Shown in pieces: positions 39,312-47,982 of a stretch of 64,000 nt of DNA (within the stretch, counting starts at the first letter, position 1; every line of letters begins with the position of its first letter). A model generated the notes under the pieces. The model was not told the origin of the DNA and did not search any database. It saw only the letters and a list, made by a program, of their open reading frames with translations. The DNA is from an uncultured Eubacteriales bacterium (lineage in GTDB: Bacteria; Bacillota; Clostridia; Christensenellales; CALVMC01): positions 7,574 through 71,573 of the forward strand of contig CASFOZ010000002.1 of the NCBI GenBank assembly GCA_949296455.1, given 5' to 3'. The position numbers and the translations under genes are program-made.

Positions 39312-41204
39312 TCACGACAGTTCAAACATACCGGTATAGAGTTGATAATATTTTCCTTTTTGCTTAATTAACTCTTCATGATTACCTCTTTCGATAATTT
39401 CGCCGTGTTCGAGAACCATAATTGCGTCGGAATTACGAACGGTAGAAAGTCTGTGGGCTATTACGAAAACCGTCTTGCCTTTCATAAGACCGTCCATACC
39501 CTTTTCGATAAGGGCTTCGGTTCTGGTATCGATTGAACTTGTGGCTTCGTCCAAAATCAGAACGGGAGGATTTGCGACGGCAGCCCTTGCGATTGCGATT
39601 AACTGTCTTTGCCCTTGGCTCAAATTTGCTCCGTCAGCGCTGAGATAGGTATCGTAACCGTCCGGAAGTCTTGATATAAACTGGTGAGCGTTTGCGATTT
39701 TTGCAGCTTCGTAAATTTCTTCGTCTGTTGCGTCTAATTTTCCGTAACGAATATTATCCTTAACCGTACCGCTGAAGAGATGGGTATCTTGTAAAACCAT
39801 TGCAAGAGAGCGCCTTAGGTCGGGTTTTTTGATTTTATTGATATTTATACCGTCATATCTTATTTTTCCGTCGGGAATATCGTAGAAGCGGTTTATAAGA
39901 TTGGTAATCGTGGTCTTACCTGCGCCGGTAGAACCTACAAATGCGATTTTCTGACCGGGCTCTGCATATAGACTGATATTTTTAAGAACTGTTTTATCGG
40001 GCTCGTAACCGAAAGTAGCGTCAACGAAGCGGACATCGCCTTTAAGTTCTGTATAAGTTAAAGTACCGTCGCTGTGGGGATGTTTCCAAGCCCATTTTCC
40101 GGTAGGTTTATCGCTTTCGGTAATATTTCCTTTATCGTCGATAACGGCGTTTACTAAAGTAACATAACCTTCGTCTTTTTCGGGTTCCTGGTCAATCAAA
40201 TCAAAGATTCTTTCCGCACCTGCAAGTGCTACAAGGAAAGCGTTAAACTGCTGAGAAAGCTGCATTATCGGATTTGAAAATGTTCTTGTAAAGACAAGGA
40301 AAGAACCTATTGCCCCTACACTCATAAAGCCGTAAATAGTAAGAACGCCGCCGACGATTGCAGTTATAGCATAGTTTAGATAAGAAATGTTACCTAAAAT
40401 CGGCATAAGGATATTTGCAATAGTATGGGCTTTGGTCGAATTTACGCATAAAGCATCGTTTATCTCGTCAAAATTGTTTTTAACTTTATCTTCATGGCAG
40501 AATACCTTAACAACCTTCTGACCTGCAATATATTCTTCGATATAACCGTTAACCTTACCTAAACTGTCCTGTTGTTTTATAAAGTACTTACCGCTTTTGC
40601 CGCCGAGTTTTGCAACAATAAAAATCATTAAAAAGAGCATACAAACAAGAATAACGGTAAGTATAGGACTCATAATAACCATAGCGATGAAAACACCGAC
40701 TATTGTAAGAACGGAAGTAATAAGCTGAGGAAGACCGTTTGAAATCATTTCTCTCAAGGTATCCGTATCGTTGGTATAACGGCTCATCAAATCTCCGTGG
40801 GTATGGGTATCGAAATACTTTATAGGCAATTTTTCCATTTTTTCGAAAAGTTCGTTTCTTATGGCAGTCATTGTTTTAGTGGAAATAACGACCATAAGAC
40901 GGGAATACATAAATGCGCCGATAACTCCTACTAAATACGCCGAACCCATAACAAGAAGAAGGGTTACAAGACCTGAAAGGTCGGGATTTTCGACGCCGAT
41001 AAGAGGGCCTATAAATTTATTGATAGCGGGCTCTAAAAGCACCGTTCCTATAATTGAAGATGCCGTACTCAACAAGATACCTATAACTACAAGGGTTAAA
41101 AGGAAAGGATATTTTCCGATATAAGAAAATACTCTTTTTATAGTCTGTTTGGTATAACGGGGCTTTGCATGAGATTTAGAATTCATACTTTTCGTATTTT
41201 TCAT
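39312..41204 (-). CDS. ABC transporter ATP-binding/permease (exporter, half-transporter)
   Basis: Six-TM ABC exporter domain plus an NBD with Walker A GSTGAGKTT, signature LSQGQRQ and Walker B ILILDEATS. Confidence 0.9.
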   Translation of the reverse strand: MKNTKSMNSKSHAKPRYTKQTIKRVFSYIGKYPFLLTLVVIGILLSTASSIIGTVLLEPAINKFIGPLIGVENPDLSGLVTLLLVMGSAYLVGVIGAFMYSRLMVVISTKTMTAIRNELFEKMEKLPIKYFDTHTHGDLMSRYTNDTDTLREMISNGLPQLITSVLTIVGVFIAMVIMSPILTVILVCMLFLMIFIVAKLGGKSGKYFIKQQDSLGKVNGYIEEYIAGQKVVKVFCHEDKVKNNFDEINDALCVNSTKAHTIANILMPILGNISYLNYAITAIVGGVLTIYGFMSVGAIGSFLVFTRTFSNPIMQLSQQFNAFLVALAGAERIFDLIDQEPEKDEGYVTLVNAVIDDKGNITESDKPTGKWAWKHPHSDGTLTYTELKGDVRFVDATFGYEPDKTVLKNISLYAEPGQKIAFVGSTGAGKTTITNLINRFYDIPDGKIRYDGININKIKKPDLRRSLAMVLQDTHLFSGTVKDNIRYGKLDATDEEIYEAAKIANAHQFISRLPDGYDTYLSADGANLSQGQRQLIAIARAAVANPPVLILDEATSSIDTRTEALIEKGMDGLMKGKTVFVIAHRLSTVRNSDAIMVLEHGEIIERGNHEELIKQKGKYYQLYTGMFELS

Positions 41205-41205
41205 A

Positions 41206-42936
41206 TTAAGCTTCTACCCCCTTTTTTTGAGAATTTGCTATTTCCTTATAGATAGCATTTGTTTTCATAAGTTCATCATTTGTACCTATTGCGTTAATTT
41301 TTCCGTCGTCCATAACAATTATGCGGTCTGCGTCCTGAACGGAAGAAACACGCTGAGCAATAATAATAACGGTTGTATCTTTAAAGCTGTTTTTAAGACC
41401 TTCCCTTATTTTAGCATCGGTTGCGGTATCGACTGCACTTGTGCTGTCGTCAAGAATCATTATTTTAGGATTTTTAAGTAGAGCCCTTGCGATGCACAGT
41501 CTTTGTTTTTGACCGCCGGAAACATTAACGCCTCCTTGACCTAAATCGGTTTCGATTCCTTTCGGGAAAGAGTTTACGAAATCGTATGCGCAAGCGACCT
41601 TCATAGCGTGTTCAATTTCCCTGTCGGTTGCTTTTTCGTTGCCCCAAAGAAGGTTTTCTTTAATGGTGCCTGAAAAGAGAACATTTTTTTGAAGAACCAT
41701 AGCGACGCTGTCTCTCAGATTTTCTATTTTATACTCTTTGACGCTGTGCCCGTCAACGAGAAGTTCGCCTTCTGAAATATCGTAAAGTCTCGGTATTAAT
41801 TGAACAAGAGATGATTTCGAAGAACCGGTGCCACCGATAATACCGATAGTCTCGCCGGGTTTTATATCGATATTTATATTTTCGAGAACGAAATTATGGG
41901 AATTTTCGCCGTACTTAAAGGAAACGTTTTTAAAGGAAATAGAACCTTTTTGAACTTTAAGATTTTCATCGGCGTCATCGTCGTTTATATCGGGAACTTC
42001 GTCCATAATTTCAAGAATTCTTTTAGCTGAAGCTTTTGCAAGGACGAGCATAACGAAAATGAAGGAAATCATCATAAGCGACATAAGAATCTGTGAAAGA
42101 TAGGTAATAAAACTGAACAATTCGCCTGTCTGCATACCCCCTGCGATTATATCAATACCGCCCAGCCAAATAAGGGCTATAATGGAAGAATACATAACGA
42201 GCATCATAAGAGGGTTATTGAGAACAATTAACTTTTCTGCTTTTGCCTCTACCCTTCTGAGTTCGTCCGCAGCTTTTTTGAACTGTTCGGTTTCATAGTC
42301 TTCTCTGACATAAGCTTTTACTACCCTGATACCTACAAGATTTTCCTGGACTTTAAGATTCAAAGCGTCGTATTTTTTAAGCATATTATTAAACTGAGGA
42401 AAAGCAAATTTAATAATGAGAAAAAGTCCTATTGCAAGAACGGGGATAGCGGCAAGGAAGATACAGAAAAGTCCGAAATTAATTGTACCTGCAATAATCG
42501 AAGCGGCGATAAGCATAATGGGCGCTCTGAAAATAATTCTGAGCACCATCATATATGAATTCTGGACGTTTGTAACATCGGTTGTAAGTCTCGTAATCAA
42601 AGAAGAAGTACTGAACTTATCGATATTTAAAAAGGAATAGTCCTGAACCTTATAAAAAAGATTTCTTCTTATATTTCTGCTGAAGCCCACGCTGGCAACT
42701 GCCGCAAAACGCCCTGCAAGAACGCCGAATACAAGCGAAACCATAGCCATAACAACCATTATAGCGCCTGCGATGAGAATTCTTTTTAGGTCGCCGTTCG
42801 CAATTCCCACATCGATAATATCGGACATAACATAAGGTATAAGAACTTCGAGAATAACCTCACCCGTAACGAAAAGAGGAGTAAGGATAGTCTCTTTCTT
42901 ATAGCCTTTCGTAAAAGACATTAGTTTTTTAAGCAT
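41206..42936 (-). CDS. ABC transporter ATP-binding/permease (exporter, heterodimer partner)
   Basis: TMD plus an NBD with GGTGSSKSS, VSGGQKQR and IMILDDSTS. The start MLKKLMSF has an AAGGAG RBS. A 1-nt gap separates it from the downstream partner. Confidence 0.9.
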   Translation of the reverse strand: MLKKLMSFTKGYKKETILTPLFVTGEVILEVLIPYVMSDIIDVGIANGDLKRILIAGAIMVVMAMVSLVFGVLAGRFAAVASVGFSRNIRRNLFYKVQDYSFLNIDKFSTSSLITRLTTDVTNVQNSYMMVLRIIFRAPIMLIAASIIAGTINFGLFCIFLAAIPVLAIGLFLIIKFAFPQFNNMLKKYDALNLKVQENLVGIRVVKAYVREDYETEQFKKAADELRRVEAKAEKLIVLNNPLMMLVMYSSIIALIWLGGIDIIAGGMQTGELFSFITYLSQILMSLMMISFIFVMLVLAKASAKRILEIMDEVPDINDDDADENLKVQKGSISFKNVSFKYGENSHNFVLENINIDIKPGETIGIIGGTGSSKSSLVQLIPRLYDISEGELLVDGHSVKEYKIENLRDSVAMVLQKNVLFSGTIKENLLWGNEKATDREIEHAMKVACAYDFVNSFPKGIETDLGQGGVNVSGGQKQRLCIARALLKNPKIMILDDSTSAVDTATDAKIREGLKNSFKDTTVIIIAQRVSSVQDADRIIVMDDGKINAIGTNDELMKTNAIYKEIANSQKKGVEA

Positions 42937-43157
42937 AGTTATCTCCTTTTTACAGATAATTGTATAGCACAACAAAAATAATTTGTCAAATATATAAATT
43001 AAACTTTTGTTAAATTTTATTTCAGCGAAATATCTATTTAAAGTAAAGTTTAAAATATAAAAAATAAATTAAAATTACATTACAATAAAACTGTTTTTAT
43101 ACCAAATAATATTATTAACATACTATTTACTCTGAATCTAAGATATGATATAATATT

Positions 43158-43850
43158 ATGGATTTGAAAGGTGAAATTATGGATTTGGAAGAACTCAGAA
43201 AAGAAATGGAAGGAGAAGTAACTTCCGCAAGTTTTAAAGAAAAGTTTAAAGAACGGAAGAATAAAAAGAAATCCGGGCTTTCGAATACGGATATAAACGA
43301 AGAAACAAATAATGAAAACAAAGAAGATAATAAAAGTTCCGATACAATTTCTTTGAATGATATAGAAAATAAAAATAATTCTTCGAATGCGGTTGAAGAA
43401 GGTTCCGATAAAAAAGAAGAAAGCGAATCTGAAGATTCCGAACAAAATCTTCCCGATTGGGCAAAGAGTTCGAAAACTGCAAAACCGCAAAAAAAATCGT
43501 CTAAAAAAGTCAAACATAAAAGGAATCCCATATCCCCTGCCGTTGCTATAATATTTTTGATTATTGCAACTGCGGCTGCGGTAGGAACGGTATTTCTGTG
43601 CTACTGGGCATACGACGCAATGATGATAATTCTGACTCAAACAGGACCTGCGGTCATAATATTTTTCTTTTTCTGTTGGACACCATTTATTCTCCCGCTT
43701 CTTACCGCAATAGCTACAGTAATAACCTACACTATGGCATTGACCTGCGGAATTATGTCCCGCCATTCAGTGTTAGGTAAAATTATTCTTGTAATAGCAT
43801 TGATTCCCGTTATAGCTCTTATCCTTGTAATAATTTTACTTAATGTATAA
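43158..43850 (+). CDS. membrane protein with a long acidic/Lys-rich low-complexity N-terminus, unknown function
   Basis: About 130 aa of E/K/N/S-rich sequence followed by about 4 TM helices. A second in-frame ATG at 43179 has the better RBS (AAAGGTGA). The antisense ORFs listed in the track are low-complexity artefacts. Confidence 0.45.
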   Translation: MDLKGEIMDLEELRKEMEGEVTSASFKEKFKERKNKKKSGLSNTDINEETNNENKEDNKSSDTISLNDIENKNNSSNAVEEGSDKKEESESEDSEQNLPDWAKSSKTAKPQKKSSKKVKHKRNPISPAVAIIFLIIATAAAVGTVFLCYWAYDAMMIILTQTGPAVIIFFFFCWTPFILPLLTAIATVITYTMALTCGIMSRHSVLGKIILVIALIPVIALILVIILLNV

Positions 43851-43991
43851 GTTTATTTATATGACGCTATAATCTCAAAAAAAAATTTAATAACCTATTT
43901 TTTTCGATATAATATTATTATAATAATCAGAAAAAAATATAAGTAAATAAGAAAAAACCCATTAAAACGAGCTGAGAAATCAAAAACAGAT

Positions 43992-44033
43992 AAAAAAATG
44001 AAACCGCAATATATTTATATGCGGTTTTATTTA
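43992..44033 (+). terminator. rho-independent terminator (bidirectional-looking)
   Basis: aaaccgca-atatatttata-tgcggttt, flanked by an A-run and a T-run. Confidence 0.6.
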
Positions 44034-44058
44034 TAATTAATTTATTATTACAAAACTA

Positions 44059-44553
44059 TTACAAAGCCTTTTTTTCTTTCAACAGTTTATAAAGTTCTTC
44101 GAAACTTCCTGTCGCATAATCGTTTTTTTCTATAAGGAAAAATTCGGTATAATTTAAACATATAACTAAATTCTTCCCTAATTTATAAACATTATATAAA
44201 TTAATTGTATCGTAAACTTTATCGGAAATCTCTTCACCGTTTTTAAAAGTCTGAACATGTAATTTCGCTCCGTTAAAAGTCAATATTATTTTATTAAGTT
44301 TAGGAAGATATTTTCCGTAATAAATTGCAAGTAGAGCAAAATAAGCCATAATAAAGAAAAATATTATAAGCAGAATAAGTCCGCCGATAATATAACAAGC
44401 TGCGTAATTCTGATACAGAGACGCAAGCACCGAGGAAATAATGATTCCCAAAGCTATGCAAATAACGGTAAAAATACTGAAAGTTTTGCATATTATAATG
44501 AAATTGGATTTAATAAATTCATGCTTTGTAAGATAAATATTACATTTAATCAT
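44059..44553 (-). CDS. YcxB-like membrane protein, unknown function
   Basis: Two adjacent TM helices followed by a small soluble beta-rich domain, an architecture like the YcxB family. Confidence 0.4.
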   Translation of the reverse strand: MIKCNIYLTKHEFIKSNFIIICKTFSIFTVICIALGIIISSVLASLYQNYAACYIIGGLILLIIFFFIMAYFALLAIYYGKYLPKLNKIILTFNGAKLHVQTFKNGEEISDKVYDTINLYNVYKLGKNLVICLNYTEFFLIEKNDYATGSFEELYKLLKEKKAL

Positions 44554-44569
44554 AGTAGCACCTTTTAAT

Positions 44570-45238
44570 TTAATCGGTTATATCCCAAATTATTTTTTTA
44601 TTGTATTTTTTCAGAAACTCGTTTGCTTTATTAAAGTGTCCGCATCCGAAAAAACCGTTATGCGCAGATAAGGGAGACGGATGAGCGGCTTTAAGAATAA
44701 GGTGTTTTTTCCCGTCTATAAGACTTTCTTTTTCTTTGGCGTTTGCGCCCCAAAGCATAAAAACGGAAGGGGAAGCGAATTTACTGATAATTGAAATTAC
44801 ATTATCGGTGAAAATACGCCAGCCGCAATCCTTATGGCTGTTGGCAGCACCTTCTCTTACGGTAAGAACGGTATTTAAAAGCATTACGCCCTGTCCTGCC
44901 CATTGTCTCAGACAGCCGTGCGAAGGAATTTTAAAACCCGTTTCGGCATTAAGTTCTTTGTATATATTAACTAGAGAAGGCGGAATCGGAATACCTTTAG
45001 GTACCGAAAAACAAAGACCTTCCGCCTGACCTTTTTCGTGGTAAGGGTCCTGTCCTAAAATTACTGCTTTTATATCGGACAAAGGAGTCAGTTTAAAGGC
45101 ATTGAATATATCGTTCATCGGCGGAAAGACGGTACGGGTAAAATACTCTTTTTTCAAAAATTCTCTTATTTTAAGATAATAATCTTTTTTGAACTCGTCT
45201 TTAAGCAACTCGTCCCAATCGTTGTTGAACTTAATCAT
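44570..45238 (-). CDS. ung: uracil-DNA glycosylase (family 1)
   Basis: GQDPYH, the PPSL motif and HPSPLSA. Confidence 0.95.
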   Translation of the reverse strand: MIKFNNDWDELLKDEFKKDYYLKIREFLKKEYFTRTVFPPMNDIFNAFKLTPLSDIKAVILGQDPYHEKGQAEGLCFSVPKGIPIPPSLVNIYKELNAETGFKIPSHGCLRQWAGQGVMLLNTVLTVREGAANSHKDCGWRIFTDNVISIISKFASPSVFMLWGANAKEKESLIDGKKHLILKAAHPSPLSAHNGFFGCGHFNKANEFLKKYNKKIIWDITD

Positions 45239-45249
45239 ACTAATTACCG

Positions 45250-47799
45250 TTATTCTTCGTCTTTTCCTTTAAAACCCAATTTTTTAACACCTTCGCTTAT
45301 TTTATTTTTAAATTCTTCCAATTTTTTATTTTGTCTTCTCTTGTGTCCTAATTCTATGAGATTTAATATCTGACTCATAATAAGCCTTATTAAAGATATC
45401 AAAGGAATACAGCAAAGTCCGACAGTCACAAGATACATAATATGCTGCGGAGCAAGACTCGCAAGTTCAAAAAACTCCGAAAATCCTGCAAGACAAATTG
45501 TAAAAATACAAAGAGAAGTTTCTATAATTAAGATTCTGTACAGATTCAAAGGTCTGCACGCTTCGAATAAAACTATAATCGTTACTATAGCGTAGATATA
45601 CAAGCAAATGGTAGAACGCTGATAACTGCTTGCACCTATATCGGAACTTATCGAATAAGTTAAGAAAATCATAAGTGCGACACAAATACCAGCGGGGACT
45701 GCGTTTGTCATAATTCTTCTGAAAAATTTACCTTTAATTCTCGCATTATTAGGCTCTATTGCAAGAAAGAATGAGGAAAATCCCACTATGCCCGTTGAAA
45801 CAAGGGATACTTGAATAGGCTCGAAAGGATATAAATTGCCGAATAAAACGACAAGAAGAATACTCACGATAAGAGAAAAAGTGGTTTTAACGAGAAAGAG
45901 CGCCGAACCTCTTGCTATGTTATTTATAACTCTTCTTCCCTCTGCAACGACATCGGGAAGAGCTGCAAAATCCGAATCGAGAAGGACAAGCTGTGAAGTG
46001 TGCCTAGCGGCATCGCTACCAGAAGCTATTGCAACCGAACAATCGGACTCTTTAAGCGCCATAACGTCGTTTACGCCGTCTCCTATCATTCCCACGGTAT
46101 GGCCTTTCCTTTTAAGAGCATTGATTAATTTACATTTTTGCATGGGGGAAACCCTTCCGAAAATTGTAAATTTATCGCAAGCGTCGAATATTTTTTCGTC
46201 AGTATCGAGAGTGGTTGCGTCAATAAAGCTGTCTGCTCCTGAAAGTCCCGCCCTTTCTGCAACCTTGGAAACGGTTATCGGATTGTCGCCCGAAATAACT
46301 TTCAATATTACGCCTTGTTCGTTAAAATAATCGAGAGTTGCTTTTGCATTCTCTCTGATTTTATCAGACAATACAATATAAGCAACGGGAATTAAAGAAG
46401 AGATATCGGGATTTTCGCTGATTTCGGAACACTTAGCAAGCATAAGAACTCTGTACCCTTGTTCTGCAAATACCTTAGCGTCATTTTCGTATAAAGAATA
46501 TTTATCTTTAAAAATAAATTCGCCTGCGCCCATATAGTATCCGCCTTCCTTTTCGAATTTCACGGCGCACCATTTTCTTTGCGAAGAAAAGGCAATCGAA
46601 TTGCTTACATTTAAAACATTTTCGTTTTTAAAATAGTCTGATAAAGCGTTAAAAGTAGGATTATTATCGTTTAAAACCCTAACTAAATTAGTAACTATGA
46701 TATTTATATTTTCCAAAGACGCATTATATCTTTCGTCGTCTTGTGAAATAATGTGTCCGTCAGATATGGGAACGACATTTTCCACCTGCATAGTGCCTTC
46801 GGTAATAGTACCCGTTTTATCCAGGCAAAGCACATCTACCCTTGCAAGAGCTTCTATACAATACAATTCCTGAACAAGAGTTCTTTTTTTGACGAGTTTA
46901 ATAACGCCTACGGCAAGGGCAAGACTGATTAAAAGAACAAGCCCCTCAGGTATCATGCTTATAAGAGCGCCTATTGTGTTAGTCACTGCGTTATTTATAG
47001 TAGTTTGAGCATACTGTCTTAAAAATACGATTATGCCTACCGGAATAAGAAGGAAACTTATACCTCTTATAATCCAGTTAATAGAACGCATAAGTTCGGA
47101 GTTTGGTTTTTTATATCTCTGTGCGCTTGCAACGATAGTCTGAGCATAGTTTTCCTTTCCCACTGAATTAACCTTTGCACGGCAGCTGCCCGATGACAGA
47201 AAACTTCCCGAATAAAGAATATCCCCTTCTTTTTTCGGAATTGCGTCCTGCTCCCCTGTTAAAAGTGATTCGTTAACCTCACATTCGCCGTCAATAAGGA
47301 TACAATCGGAAATGACCTCGTTACCTGTTTTTAAAATTATAATATCGTCGAGAACTACCTCTTCTACGCTTATTTCTTTTTCCAGGCCGTTTCTTACAAC
47401 CTTAGCTTTCGGAGCTGAAAGAAGAGAAAGTTTTTCCACGGTTTTTTTAGCTCTTATTTCCTGAATCGTTCCTATAATAATATTTGCAACTATTATAAAC
47501 ATAAAAAGGGAATTCTTTAAATTACCGAATATAAGCGCTAAAATGAAAAGAAATAAATTAAGAGCATTGAATAAAGTCAGAAAATTGGTACGGAAAATCG
47601 ACCAATAGGATTTGGAAAGGGATTTGGGTTTAGCGTTTATAAGGCCGTCTTCCTGCCTTTTTGCAACCTGCTCGTCGGAAAGACCGTAGTTGATATCGGG
47701 GAAGTATCTTTCCGCATTCTGTACGGAAACAGTCTCTTCCCTTTTTTTATTTTTCAATGATTTTAAAGACTTGTTCTTATTACCTTTTTCTTTTTTCAT
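45250..47799 (-). CDS. cation-translocating P-type ATPase (HAD-IC family, specificity unknown)
   Basis: TGE(Q), phosphorylation site DKTGTIT and hinge GDGVNDV. The start is uncertain: either ATG MKKEKGN at 47799 or TTG at 47847. Confidence 0.85.
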   Translation of the reverse strand: MKKEKGNKNKSLKSLKNKKREETVSVQNAERYFPDINYGLSDEQVAKRQEDGLINAKPKSLSKSYWSIFRTNFLTLFNALNLFLFILALIFGNLKNSLFMFIIVANIIIGTIQEIRAKKTVEKLSLLSAPKAKVVRNGLEKEISVEEVVLDDIIILKTGNEVISDCILIDGECEVNESLLTGEQDAIPKKEGDILYSGSFLSSGSCRAKVNSVGKENYAQTIVASAQRYKKPNSELMRSINWIIRGISFLLIPVGIIVFLRQYAQTTINNAVTNTIGALISMIPEGLVLLISLALAVGVIKLVKKRTLVQELYCIEALARVDVLCLDKTGTITEGTMQVENVVPISDGHIISQDDERYNASLENINIIVTNLVRVLNDNNPTFNALSDYFKNENVLNVSNSIAFSSQRKWCAVKFEKEGGYYMGAGEFIFKDKYSLYENDAKVFAEQGYRVLMLAKCSEISENPDISSLIPVAYIVLSDKIRENAKATLDYFNEQGVILKVISGDNPITVSKVAERAGLSGADSFIDATTLDTDEKIFDACDKFTIFGRVSPMQKCKLINALKRKGHTVGMIGDGVNDVMALKESDCSVAIASGSDAARHTSQLVLLDSDFAALPDVVAEGRRVINNIARGSALFLVKTTFSLIVSILLVVLFGNLYPFEPIQVSLVSTGIVGFSSFFLAIEPNNARIKGKFFRRIMTNAVPAGICVALMIFLTYSISSDIGASSYQRSTICLYIYAIVTIIVLFEACRPLNLYRILIIETSLCIFTICLAGFSEFFELASLAPQHIMYLVTVGLCCIPLISLIRLIMSQILNLIELGHKRRQNKKLEEFKNKISEGVKKLGFKGKDEE

Positions 47800-47982
47800 A
47801 GCGATACAAATTATAGAAATTATAACAAAATAAAAAAGCAGAGTCAATTTATATTTGCTTTATCTTATTTAATAGAGATAAAAAATAAAAACAAATTCTG
47901 TTTTTATTTAAAATTTCAGAAAATAAAATAGTAATATATATTTAAATTTGATTTTATTAAATAATATGTTATAATAATACTT

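Noticed and set aside
37750-39320. Search for an att direct repeat (a copy of the tRNA-Ser 3' end) or an integrase that would define an intact island
   Set aside because: I could not find a copy of the tRNA 3' segment or any recombinase ORF in or beyond the interval, so I call it only a possible remnant, not a mobile element with boundaries.
43080-43766. Long antisense and alternative-frame ORFs (228, 134, 78, 60 aa) over the acidic-protein gene
   Set aside because: They are artefacts of purine-rich, low-complexity coding sequence. The plus-strand frame is the only one that ends in coherent TM helices and has an RBS.
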